Below, one piece after another: positions 9,076 through 17,211 of a DNA stretch of 32,000 nucleotides; the first letter of the stretch is position 1, and each line of letters begins with the position of its first letter. A program made the position numbers and the translations under genes. The notes beneath the pieces are model-generated. The model saw nothing but the letters and a program-made list of their open reading frames with translations. It was not told the origin of the DNA and ran no database searches. Source of the stretch: Trichlorobacter lovleyi SZ (GTDB taxonomy: Bacteria > Desulfobacterota > Desulfuromonadia > Geobacterales > Pseudopelobacteraceae); assembly GCF_000020385.1 (NCBI RefSeq), contig NC_010814.1:2790001-2822000 (forward strand), written 5' to 3'.

Positions 9076-10704
9076 ATGTCTAACAAGCCGTTCGTGTACC
9101 AGGAGCCGTTCCCCCTTGGCAAGGATGAGACCAGCTATTACAAGATTGAGGGTTCGGAGAAGTATGTCTCCGTGGCAGAGTTTGACGGCAAGCCGGTGGT
9201 CAAGGTCGATCCCGAGGCGCTGACCGTGCTGGCCAATCAGGCCATGAAGGACCTCTCCTTCCTGCTGCGTCCCAGCCACAACGAGCAGGTTGCCAAGATC
9301 CTGGCTGATCCCGAGGCATCCATGAACGACAAGGGCGTGGCCCTGGCCTTCCTGCGGAACGCCATGGTAGCAGCCAACTTTGAGCTGCCGCTCTGCCAGG
9401 ACACCGGCACCGCCACCATCGTGGCCAAGAAGGGCCAGCAGATCTGGACCGGCGGCAACGATGAAGAATATCTCTCCAAAGGGGTCTACAAGACCTACAC
9501 CGAAGAGAACCTGCGTTACTCCCAGACCGTGGCCCTGAACATGTACGATGAGGTCAACACCGGCACCAACCTGCCGGCCCAGATCGACATCATGGCCACC
9601 AGCGGCGACTACTACAAGTTCCTGTTCATGGCCAAGGGTGGCGGCTCCGCCAACAAGACCATGCTCTATCAGGAGACCAAGGCACTGCTGACCCCCGAGA
9701 AGCTGGAGAAGTTCCTGATCGAGAAGATGAAATACCTGGGCACCGCTGCCTGCCCTCCCTACCACATCGCCTTCGTAATCGGCGGCACCTCGGCCGATGC
9801 CTGCATGAAGACCGTCAAGCTGGCCACTGCCCGCGACATCGACGCACTGCCCACCGAAGGCAACGCCCACGGTCAGGCCTTCCGTGACGTTGAGCTGGAG
9901 GCCAAGCTGCTGACCGCAGCCCAGAAGCTGGGGATCGGTGCCCAGTTCGGCGGCAAGTACTTTGCCCATGATGTGCGCGTCATCCGCCTGCCCCGCCACG
10001 GCGCCTCCTGCCCGGTTGGCATGGCGGTTTCCTGCTCGGCAGACCGTAACCTCAAGGCCAAGATCACCAAGGACGGCCTCTTTATCGAACAGCTTGACCG
10101 CGATCCGGGCCGCCTGTTGCCAGAGCAGTACCGCATGGCCAAACATGAGCATGGCCACAAGGTTGACCTCTCCAAGCCGATCGCCGAGACCCTCAAAGAG
10201 CTGTCCGGCCTCAAGGTGGGTGATGCCCTGCTGCTGAACGGCACCATCGTGGTGGGCCGCGATATCGCCCATGCAAAGTTCAAAGAGATCCTTGACTCCG
10301 GTAAGCCGCTGCCCGAGTACCTGACCAAGTACCCGATCTACTACGCTGGCCCGGCCAAGACCCCTGCCGGCAAGCCATCCGGCTCGTTCGGCCCCACCAC
10401 CGCCGGCCGGATGGACTCCTACGTGGATCTGCTGCAGAGCAAGGGCGGCTCCATGATCATGATCGCCAAGGGCAACCGTTCGCAACAGGTGACGGATGCC
10501 TGCCAGAAGTACGGCGGTTTCTACCTGGGCTCCATTGGCGGCCCGGCTGCCATCCTGGCAGAAGAGAACATCAAGAAGGTTGAGTGCATTGACTTCCCTG
10601 AACTGGGTATGGAAGCCGTCTGGAAGATCGAAGTCGAGAATTTCCCGGCCTTTATCCTGGTGGATGACAAGGGCAACGACTTCTTCAAACAGCTGGGTCT
10701 GTAA
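9076..10704 (+). CDS. fumA: Class I (Fe-S, FumA/FumB-type) fumarate hydratase
   Basis: The product aligns along its length with my recollection of E. coli FumA. Matching segments include [87 protein letters not shown] and [23 protein letters not shown] aaaggag lies upstream of the ATG at 9076. Confidence 0.95.
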   Translation: MSNKPFVYQEPFPLGKDETSYYKIEGSEKYVSVAEFDGKPVVKVDPEALTVLANQAMKDLSFLLRPSHNEQVAKILADPEASMNDKGVALAFLRNAMVAANFELPLCQDTGTATIVAKKGQQIWTGGNDEEYLSKGVYKTYTEENLRYSQTVALNMYDEVNTGTNLPAQIDIMATSGDYYKFLFMAKGGGSANKTMLYQETKALLTPEKLEKFLIEKMKYLGTAACPPYHIAFVIGGTSADACMKTVKLATARDIDALPTEGNAHGQAFRDVELEAKLLTAAQKLGIGAQFGGKYFAHDVRVIRLPRHGASCPVGMAVSCSADRNLKAKITKDGLFIEQLDRDPGRLLPEQYRMAKHEHGHKVDLSKPIAETLKELSGLKVGDALLLNGTIVVGRDIAHAKFKEILDSGKPLPEYLTKYPIYYAGPAKTPAGKPSGSFGPTTAGRMDSYVDLLQSKGGSMIMIAKGNRSQQVTDACQKYGGFYLGSIGGPAAILAEENIKKVECIDFPELGMEAVWKIEVENFPAFILVDDKGNDFFKQLGL

Positions 10705-10728
10705 CGCTACCACGCACCACGCAGCACC

Positions 10729-10759
10729 AAGCCCCCGGTTACTGACCAACCGGGGGCTT
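10729..10759 (+). terminator. Hairpin terminator after fumA
   Basis: A 12-bp stem (aagcccccggtt / aaccgggggctt) with a 7-nt loop. The T tail is weak. Confidence 0.55.
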
Positions 10760-10791
10760 CGTATATTATCTATAAAGTGAGATCACGAACC

Positions 10792-11676
10792 ATGTTTAAC
10801 CTGAAACCTGAAGTCGTTGCCCGCCTTGAGCGGGTCTTAAGTTCGGTCGAGATGCTGCTGCCCCGTGCCATTGCCCCGGTTGACTGGTCAAGCTGCTATG
10901 CTGCCAACTGGCGCCGCCACTCTTTTTCCGGCTATCTGGAGGCGGTGCGGGTGACTGACACCACCACTCTGGAAGAGCTGTTGGGGGTTGATGAGCAGAA
11001 GGAGGTCATGCTGCACAACACCCGCCAGTTCTTGATGGGGCTGCCTGCCAACAACGCCCTGCTCTGGGGTTCACGAGGCACCGGCAAGTCGTCGTTGGTC
11101 AAGGCCCTGATGAACAAATTTGCCCCGGAAGGGCTGCGGGTGATCCAGATTGAGAAGGAAGACCTGATCTACCTGTCCGAGATCTTCAGCGCCGTCGAGA
11201 ATGAGCCCTACCGCTTCATCCTGCTCTGTGACGACCTGACCTTTGAGGTGGGGGAGCTGAGCTACAAGATGCTCAAGAGTGCCCTGGACGGTTCGGTTTA
11301 CTCGCCACCGGAGAACGTGCTGATCTACGTCACCTCCAACCGGCGCCACCTGCTGCCTGAGTACGAGTCAGACCACCTGGGGGGTAAGTTTGTACGGGGC
11401 GAGCTGCAGCAGAGTGAGGCAATGGAGGAAAAGGTCTCCCTGTCGGACCGCTTCGGCCTCTGGGTCGCCTTCTACGCCTTTTCCCAGGACCGCTACATCG
11501 ATGCCGTCCGGCTCAGCATCAGCCGCGAGGCCCGTGACCGCAAGGTTGAGATCCCCTGGACCAAGGAACTGGAACGCGAAGCGATCCAGTGGTCACAGGA
11601 AAAAAGCAAGCGCTGCGGCCGGACCGCCTACCAGTTCTCAAAGAACTATGTCGGCAGATTCCTGCTGCCGGCCTAA
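10792..11676 (+). CDS. DUF815-type AAA/P-loop ATPase
   Basis: Walker A is LLWGSRGTGKSSLVKAL. Walker B-like is RFILLCDDLTFE. The length and layout are typical of DUF815 ATP-binding proteins. Confidence 0.8.
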   Translation: MFNLKPEVVARLERVLSSVEMLLPRAIAPVDWSSCYAANWRRHSFSGYLEAVRVTDTTTLEELLGVDEQKEVMLHNTRQFLMGLPANNALLWGSRGTGKSSLVKALMNKFAPEGLRVIQIEKEDLIYLSEIFSAVENEPYRFILLCDDLTFEVGELSYKMLKSALDGSVYSPPENVLIYVTSNRRHLLPEYESDHLGGKFVRGELQQSEAMEEKVSLSDRFGLWVAFYAFSQDRYIDAVRLSISREARDRKVEIPWTKELEREAIQWSQEKSKRCGRTAYQFSKNYVGRFLLPA

Positions 11677-11690
11677 AACCTGATGTGCCA

Positions 11691-11729
11691 CCAAGAAGAA
11701 AGCCCGCTTTAAGCGGGCTTTCTTCTTGG
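11691..11729. terminator. Bidirectional rho-independent terminator between convergent genes
   Basis: A perfect 17-bp stem (ccaagaagaaagcccgc / gcgggctttcttcttgg) with a 5-nt loop. A/T runs within the stem serve both strands. Confidence 0.85.
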
Positions 11730-11730
11730 T

Positions 11731-13362
11731 TTAATGATGGGCAAAGTGGTGTGACTTCTCCAGGTAGTATTCGTAGTTGCCCTCATAGGTCCGCATCTCA
11801 CCATGATCCACCTCAATCACCCGATCCACCAGGCAGCGCAGGAAGTGGCGGTCGTGGCTGACCAGCATCACGGTGCCGGTGAAGTTCTGCAGGGCATTCA
11901 GCAGCATCTCCCGTGAGCGGATGTCCAGGTGGTTGGTCGGCTCGTCCAGCACCAGAAAGTTGATCGGCCTGGCCAGCAGGGTTGCCAGCACGACCCGGCT
12001 TTTCTCACCACCGGAGAGGTTTTCGATCTTTTTATCAACGGCATCGCCGGAGAACAGGAAGGCCCCCAGCAGGTTCATGATTACCCCGCGATTGGCCAGC
12101 GGGAGCGCATCCTGCACCGTCTCAAAGATGCTCTTTTTCGGATCAAGAACCTCCATGGCATGCTGGCTGAAATAACCCAGCTCCACATTGGCCCCCAGAC
12201 TGACCGTGCCGCTGCTGGGCTCGGTCTGCCCGGCCAGCACCTTCAGGAAGGTGGATTTACCGGCACCGTTGACCCCTACCACCGCAATCTTGCTCTGACG
12301 TTTGATGATCCCGCTGACCCCGGAGAACACCGGCTTGACGCCGCCATCAGGCAGCGGCCACTGCTTGGCCAGGGCATTCATCACCACCACGTCATCGCCG
12401 CTGCGGGGCGGTTCGCTGAACTCAAAGCGCACCACCCGCTCTTCAGCCGGGATCTCAATCCGCTCGATCTTTTCAATCTTCTTGACCCGTGACTGGACCT
12501 GGGCGGCATGGGAAGCCCGGGCTGCAAAGCGGGCAATGAACTCCTCTTCCTTGGCCAGCATCTCTTGTTGGCGCTTGTGACTGGCCAGCAGCTGTTCATG
12601 CCTGATCTCACGTTCTTTCTCGTAGAAATCATAATTGCCGCCGTAGGTGGTGACCGTCTTGTTGGCCACTTCGACGATACGGGTCACAATCCGGTTCATG
12701 AAGTCCCGGTCGTGGCTGGTCATCAGCAGGGCACCGTCAAAGGTGTCGGCCAACCACTCCTCCAGCCAGACAATCGACTCCACATCCAGATGGTTGGTCG
12801 GCTCGTCCAACAGCAGCACATCCGGCTTCAAGGTCAGGATCTTGGCCAGGGCGATCCGCATCTTCCATCCGCCGGAGAACGACTCCACCGGATGATTAAA
12901 GCGATCCGGTCCGATCCCCAGGCCGGTCAGCACGGTCTGGGCACGGGTGTCCAGGTCATAGCCGCCGCGGTGCTCGAACTCCTCCTGGGCCACGCCGTAG
13001 CGTTCCAAAAGTGCTGCCATCTCGTCATCGGACTGGGGCTCGCACATGGCGGCCTCCATCTGCTTCAGCTCACCAGCCAGACGCATGGTCTCGGCTGACC
13101 CAGCCATCACCTCTTCCAGGGCAGACCTGCCGGACATATCCCCCACATCCTGAGAGAAGTAGCCGATGGTGGTCCGCTTGGCACAGGTCATGTCGCCGCT
13201 GTCCGGCTCTTCCTCACCGGTGATGATCCGAAAGATGGTGGTCTTGCCGGCACCGTTGGGGCCCACCAGGCCGGTGCGGGAACCGGGCAGGATCTGGAAC
13301 GAGGCGTCGCGGAACAGGACCTGCGAGCCATGCTGTTTGGTGATGTTGGAAAGGTGAATCAT
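11731..13362 (-). CDS. ABC-F family ATPase (two tandem ABC domains, no membrane domain; translation-factor-type)
   Basis: There are two Walker A motifs (GPNGAGKTT, GVNGAGKST), two signature motifs (FSGGWKMR, LSGGEKSR) and two Walker B motifs (LLLDEPTNHLD, LVLDEPTNHLD). A charged linker lies between the domains. Confidence 0.93.
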   Translation of the reverse strand: MIHLSNITKQHGSQVLFRDASFQILPGSRTGLVGPNGAGKTTIFRIITGEEEPDSGDMTCAKRTTIGYFSQDVGDMSGRSALEEVMAGSAETMRLAGELKQMEAAMCEPQSDDEMAALLERYGVAQEEFEHRGGYDLDTRAQTVLTGLGIGPDRFNHPVESFSGGWKMRIALAKILTLKPDVLLLDEPTNHLDVESIVWLEEWLADTFDGALLMTSHDRDFMNRIVTRIVEVANKTVTTYGGNYDFYEKEREIRHEQLLASHKRQQEMLAKEEEFIARFAARASHAAQVQSRVKKIEKIERIEIPAEERVVRFEFSEPPRSGDDVVVMNALAKQWPLPDGGVKPVFSGVSGIIKRQSKIAVVGVNGAGKSTFLKVLAGQTEPSSGTVSLGANVELGYFSQHAMEVLDPKKSIFETVQDALPLANRGVIMNLLGAFLFSGDAVDKKIENLSGGEKSRVVLATLLARPINFLVLDEPTNHLDIRSREMLLNALQNFTGTVMLVSHDRHFLRCLVDRVIEVDHGEMRTYEGNYEYYLEKSHHFAHH

Positions 13363-13383
13363 AAAACAGACTCCAATATAAAT

Positions 13384-14703
13384 TTAGCGCGGCCGTTGCG
13401 TCCGCTGCGGATGTCGCGCCCCACCGGCTGGCGCAGGTTTGCTGCCACTTGGCTTGGACCCTGCAGCGGCGTGTGCGGCGCCCTGCCCTGCTGCCGGCTT
13501 CGGCTGTGGCTTCTTGGCCTTGGGCTGGTTCCGTGGCGGACGTGGCGGACGGGCAAACTCGTCATCCTTGCGCGGGGCAGGCACGCTGTAATCAAACCCC
13601 TCCACGGTACGACGTTCAATGGCAGCCCCCAGAGTGCGCTCAATCGCCTTGACCATGAGCGTGTCCTCATCGGTGACCATGGTAAAGGCATCGCCGTTTC
13701 TGGCGGCCCGGCCGGTACGGCCGATGCGGTGGATATAGGCCTCACTGGTATCCGGGATATCATAGTTGATCACGTGGGAGACCTGCGAGACATCAATACC
13801 GCGGGCGGCAATGTCGGTTGCCACCAGGATCTGATAGGTACCGTTACGGAAGCCGTCCATGGCAGCCTGACGCCGGTTCTGGGAAAGGTTGCCCTGCAGC
13901 GAGGCCGCAGTGTAGCCGGCCTTTTCCAGCTGTTCCCCCACCCGCTTGGCGCGGTGCTTGGTGCGGGTAAAGATCAGCACCGAATCAGTATCGGTATGCT
14001 TCAGCAACTGCATCAGCAACGGCGTCTTCAGGTGCTGGGCCACCGGATAGAGCGCATGGCTGACCGTGGCGGCCGGAGCAACGTTATCCACCTGCACCGT
14101 GGCCGGATCGCGCAGGATCTCGCGGGCCAGGCCGCGGATCTCGGCCGGCATGGTGGCGGAAAACAGCATGGTCTGACGCTGGGCAGGCAGGTGTTTCAGA
14201 ATCCGGCGAATATCCGGCAGAAACCCCATATCAAACATCTGGTCGGCCTCGTCCAGCACCAGCAGTTCCAGGTTAGTCAGGTCAATCGTGCCCTGGTTGA
14301 TATGATCCAGCAGGCGGCCGGGGCAGGCCACGACGATCTCTACCCCGTTTTTGAGCTTCTCAATCTGCGGATTGACGTTGACGCCACCGTAGACGGTGAT
14401 GCTTTTCAGACGGGTCTGCTGCCCCAGCTCCAGCATGGCATCATTGATCTGCTCAGCCAGCTCGCGGGTCGGGGCAATCACCAGGGCGCGCACCTGTTTG
14501 CGCGGCCCCTGCATCAGACGGTGCAGGATCGGCAGGGCAAAGGCAGCGGTCTTGCCGGTGCCGGTCTGGGCCAGTCCCATCAGGTCATGGCCGGCCATGA
14601 TCTTCGGTATGGCCTGGGCCTGGATCGGTGTGGGGGTGGTGTAGCCAAGGGCATTGATTCCTGCTACGACTTTGGGGTGAAAACTAAACTGTTGAAACGG
14701 CAT
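13384..14703 (-). CDS. rhlE: DEAD-box ATP-dependent RNA helicase, RhlE-like, with a basic Pro/Lys/Arg C-terminal tail
   Basis: Q motif is TPTPIQ. Motif I is AQTGTGKT. Also present are PTRELA, LVLDEADQMFD (DEAD box), SAT and HRIGRTGRA. It ends 21 nt before the ABC-F start, so co-transcription is likely. Confidence 0.92.
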   Translation of the reverse strand: MPFQQFSFHPKVVAGINALGYTTPTPIQAQAIPKIMAGHDLMGLAQTGTGKTAAFALPILHRLMQGPRKQVRALVIAPTRELAEQINDAMLELGQQTRLKSITVYGGVNVNPQIEKLKNGVEIVVACPGRLLDHINQGTIDLTNLELLVLDEADQMFDMGFLPDIRRILKHLPAQRQTMLFSATMPAEIRGLAREILRDPATVQVDNVAPAATVSHALYPVAQHLKTPLLMQLLKHTDTDSVLIFTRTKHRAKRVGEQLEKAGYTAASLQGNLSQNRRQAAMDGFRNGTYQILVATDIAARGIDVSQVSHVINYDIPDTSEAYIHRIGRTGRAARNGDAFTMVTDEDTLMVKAIERTLGAAIERRTVEGFDYSVPAPRKDDEFARPPRPPRNQPKAKKPQPKPAAGQGAAHAAAGSKPSGSKPAPAGGARHPQRTQRPR

Positions 14704-14861
14704 CTACGTCCTTCTTTCTGTGTATGTCCGGCTTCACATCAAGGATGCAAACAAGGCGGCAAGGATTTCAGCGACGAAGGCGTACGCAACCGGTACGTTG
14801 AGGAAGCTGAAGACGAGCCAACGATAGAATAGCGCCTTGAGTTGGAGGCGGACGAGATCAA

Positions 14862-14890
14862 GAAAAAAGCCCCGGAATGGTCCGGGGCTA
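14862..14890 (-). terminator. Orphan intrinsic terminator (or attenuator) in the helicase leader
   Basis: The minus-strand RNA reads AGCCCCGG-accauu-CCGGGGCU followed by U6. It lies ~160 nt upstream of the helicase ATG. No co-directional gene lies upstream. Confidence 0.6.
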
Positions 14891-14939
14891 CAAGTGCTCT
14901 TAAACTCGTGATCTTCCTGGAACAGCTGAATAATGTCAA

Positions 14940-14968
14940 AGAATATCAGTTAGGCCGTCACAGGTCAA
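14940..14968 (-). promoter_or_regulatory. Candidate sigma-70 promoter driving the helicase leader
   Basis: On the minus strand: TTGACC (14968-14963), a 17-nt spacer, then TATTCT (14945-14940). A second overlapping candidate is TTGACA-17-GAAGAT at 14939-14911. Confidence 0.4.
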
Positions 14969-15047
14969 ACAAAATGCTGACATCCTATTCTGATCCAACC
15001 AACAGGCAGCACTGCCGGAAAAAGCCTATGTCCGGCGCCGTTGCAGC

Positions 15048-15076
15048 TTGACCGCGGCACACTCTGCCTGCATAAT
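15048..15076 (+). promoter_or_regulatory. Candidate sigma-70 promoter for the CHASE2 cyclase gene
   Basis: TTGACC (15048-15053), a 17-nt spacer, then CATAAT (15071-15076). This lies ~115 nt upstream of the ATG. Confidence 0.5.
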
Positions 15077-15190
15077 GCCGATATCTTTCCAGATATTACG
15101 TTTCATCGCAACAACAGCCGCATCACCGGGACAAGCGGGAAAGACAGCCCCGCCAAGACTGTGCAGCCATGACCCCCATCAGGAGTTGCC

Positions 15191-17167
15191 ATGAAAACCA
15201 CCCATTCAAAACTGATCCGGATCCTGATCGGCTTTGCCGCCACCGCGTTATTCAGCCTGCTGTTGCTTAAACCACCCCATGTCTATAATCTGATTGAAGC
15301 CAAGCTGTATGACATCCGCTTCAAGCTGCGCGGCAGCATCCCTCCCCCTGATTCGGTCGTGATTGCCACCATTGATGAAAAGAGCCTGGAGCGCCTGGGA
15401 CGCTGGCCCTGGAGCCGCACTACCCTGGCCCGCCTGGTTGAGCGCCTGAACCAGGCAGATGCGGCGGTGATTGCGTTTGACGTCATCTTTCCTGAGCCGG
15501 AGGCCCATGACGAGACGTTTGCCCGTGCGATCGAACAGGCCGGCACCGTCTTGCTGGCGGTGGCTTTTGATTTTGAACACAAGGCAGACCAGGCCGCCGC
15601 AGACCCTGTTCTGGAGCAGTCGGCCATTGTGTCGGTGGAGCATGATGAGCTGTTCAACAATTATCCGCCGATCATCTCGGGCGGCATGCTGACGGTTCCG
15701 GTCAAAAAGCTTAAAGACAAGGCCCTGGGCTTTGCCCATATCAACATGTTTCCGGACGAGGTTGACGGCACCCTGCGATGGGAATCGCTTCTGCTGGGCC
15801 ATGACCGCTTCCTGTACCCCTCGCTGTCACTGCGGGCGGCAGCGGAATACCTGGGGATACCGCCGGAACGGATTGTTGTTGATGCCACCCGCGGCATCAG
15901 GGTCGGCAAGGTGTACATCCCTACAGATCACTGGGGACGGATGCCGGTCAACTACTACGGCCCCGGCAAGACCTTCCGGCATGTTTCCGTTATTGATATC
16001 CTGGACGGCAAGGTCGGCAGAAAGGAACTTGCCAACCGGGTCGTCTATATCGGCGCCACCGCCATCGGCATCTATGACCTCAGGGTGACTCCTGTCTCTG
16101 CAGCCTATCCCGGTGTGGAAAAGAGTGCTGCAGTAACGGCCTCAATCCTTGAGCAGCGCTTTATCCGCCAGGCATCCCAACAACAGAATCTGTTTTTCCT
16201 GCTCGGTAGCGGCATTCTGCTAAGCCTGCTGTTAAGCCGCGTACGTCTGGTCTGGGGGGCACTGGTGACCCTGCTGGTCCTGGCAGCGGTATTCCTGACC
16301 GGCCAGCTCTTTTTCAGCAGCGCCGGATTGTGGCTGAACCTGGCCTGTCCCTTGAACAACATCATCCTGATCTTCATGGCGGTCACGGCCTGGAACTACG
16401 CCTTTGAGGAACGCTATGCCCGCCAGATACGCGCCATGTTCTCCAGCTACGTAACCCAGACCATCGTCAACGAGCTGATCAACAACCCCCAGATGGCAAA
16501 ACTGGGTGGAGAGCGGCGGGTCATCACGGTCCTGTTCTCGGATGTCAAAGGGTTTACGACCTTTTCCGAACGACATACACCGGAGGAGGTGGTTGCCTTG
16601 CTGAACGAGTTCCTGGGGGCCATGACCGACGTCATCTTGAAGTGGGGCGGGACGCTGGATAAGTTCATCGGCGACGCCATCGTGGTATTCTGGAACGCGC
16701 CGGGGCCGGTGGAGAACCATGCCGAACGGGCGATCCGCTGCGCTGCCGAGATGATCGAGCGGCTGACGGAGTTGCAGCAGGCCTGGCAGCTGGCCGGCAA
16801 GCCGTGCCTGTCGGCAGGCATCGGCATCAACACCGGCGAGGCGGTGGTGGGCAACATCGGTGCTGAAGGCAAGAAGATGGACTACACCGTGATCGGTGAC
16901 CAGGTCAACCTGGGGGCACGCGTAGAGTCGCTGACCCGGCTGTTCAAGGCCGATATCCTGATCACCGAAGGGACCCTGGCGGCGCTGCAGCCGGGCATTG
17001 CGGCGGGTCAGCTGAACGGCATCGCCATCCGCGGTGTGCAACAGGTGATTGTGAAAGGAAAGGAACAGCCGGTCTGCCTGTACGCGGTCAGCATGTTGAG
17101 CAAAAATGAGCCGTTCAGGTTCAGTGAGTGCCCAGCCGGCGAACCGCTCAGGCTGACGGAGAAGTAG
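15191..17167 (+). CDS. CHASE2-sensor class III adenylate cyclase (membrane-anchored)
   Basis: An N-terminal TM is followed by a ~300-aa periplasmic region with CHASE2 hallmarks (IATIDEKSLERLGRWPWSR, VIAFDVIF.EPE). A block of 3 TM helices comes next. The cyclase domain reads RRVITVLFSDVKGFTTFSE...LDKFIGDAIVVFWN...DYTVIGDQVNLGARVES. SD aggag precedes the ATG. Confidence 0.9.
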   Translation: MKTTHSKLIRILIGFAATALFSLLLLKPPHVYNLIEAKLYDIRFKLRGSIPPPDSVVIATIDEKSLERLGRWPWSRTTLARLVERLNQADAAVIAFDVIFPEPEAHDETFARAIEQAGTVLLAVAFDFEHKADQAAADPVLEQSAIVSVEHDELFNNYPPIISGGMLTVPVKKLKDKALGFAHINMFPDEVDGTLRWESLLLGHDRFLYPSLSLRAAAEYLGIPPERIVVDATRGIRVGKVYIPTDHWGRMPVNYYGPGKTFRHVSVIDILDGKVGRKELANRVVYIGATAIGIYDLRVTPVSAAYPGVEKSAAVTASILEQRFIRQASQQQNLFFLLGSGILLSLLLSRVRLVWGALVTLLVLAAVFLTGQLFFSSAGLWLNLACPLNNIILIFMAVTAWNYAFEERYARQIRAMFSSYVTQTIVNELINNPQMAKLGGERRVITVLFSDVKGFTTFSERHTPEEVVALLNEFLGAMTDVILKWGGTLDKFIGDAIVVFWNAPGPVENHAERAIRCAAEMIERLTELQQAWQLAGKPCLSAGIGINTGEAVVGNIGAEGKKMDYTVIGDQVNLGARVESLTRLFKADILITEGTLAALQPGIAAGQLNGIAIRGVQQVIVKGKEQPVCLYAVSMLSKNEPFRFSECPAGEPLRLTEK

Positions 17168-17173
17168 CAGCGA

Positions 17174-17205
17174 CTGCGCCCCCCGCTTCAAAGCAGGGGG
17201 CGCAG
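17174..17205. terminator. GC-rich hairpin between the convergent cyclase and lipoprotein genes
   Basis: A 10-bp stem (ctgcgccccc / gggggcgcag) sits in the 44-nt convergent gap. There is no clear U tract on either side. Confidence 0.45.
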
Positions 17206-17211
17206 CTGTTC

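Noticed and set aside
9070-10749. Very long antisense ORFs in the track. They are 559 aa opposite fumA, 500 aa at 13330-14832 opposite the helicase, 445 aa at 4608-5945 and 378 aa at 2966-4102 opposite the AsmA and CorC genes, 319 aa at 16232-17191 opposite the cyclase, and 276 aa at 30372-31202 opposite the histidine kinase.
   Set aside because: Each lies opposite an ORF with unmistakable family motifs. Their translations are low-complexity and rich in Gly, Ala, Arg, Gln and His, with no recognisable domains. GC-rich third positions in the true frame suppress stop codons on the mirror strand.
14842-15051. Small ORFs in the helicase/cyclase intergenic region: 69 aa on the plus strand and 66 aa at 14739-14939 on the minus strand.
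   Set aside because: They have no SD and atypical composition. They also span the promoter and terminator elements identified there, so the region is better explained as regulatory or non-coding RNA.
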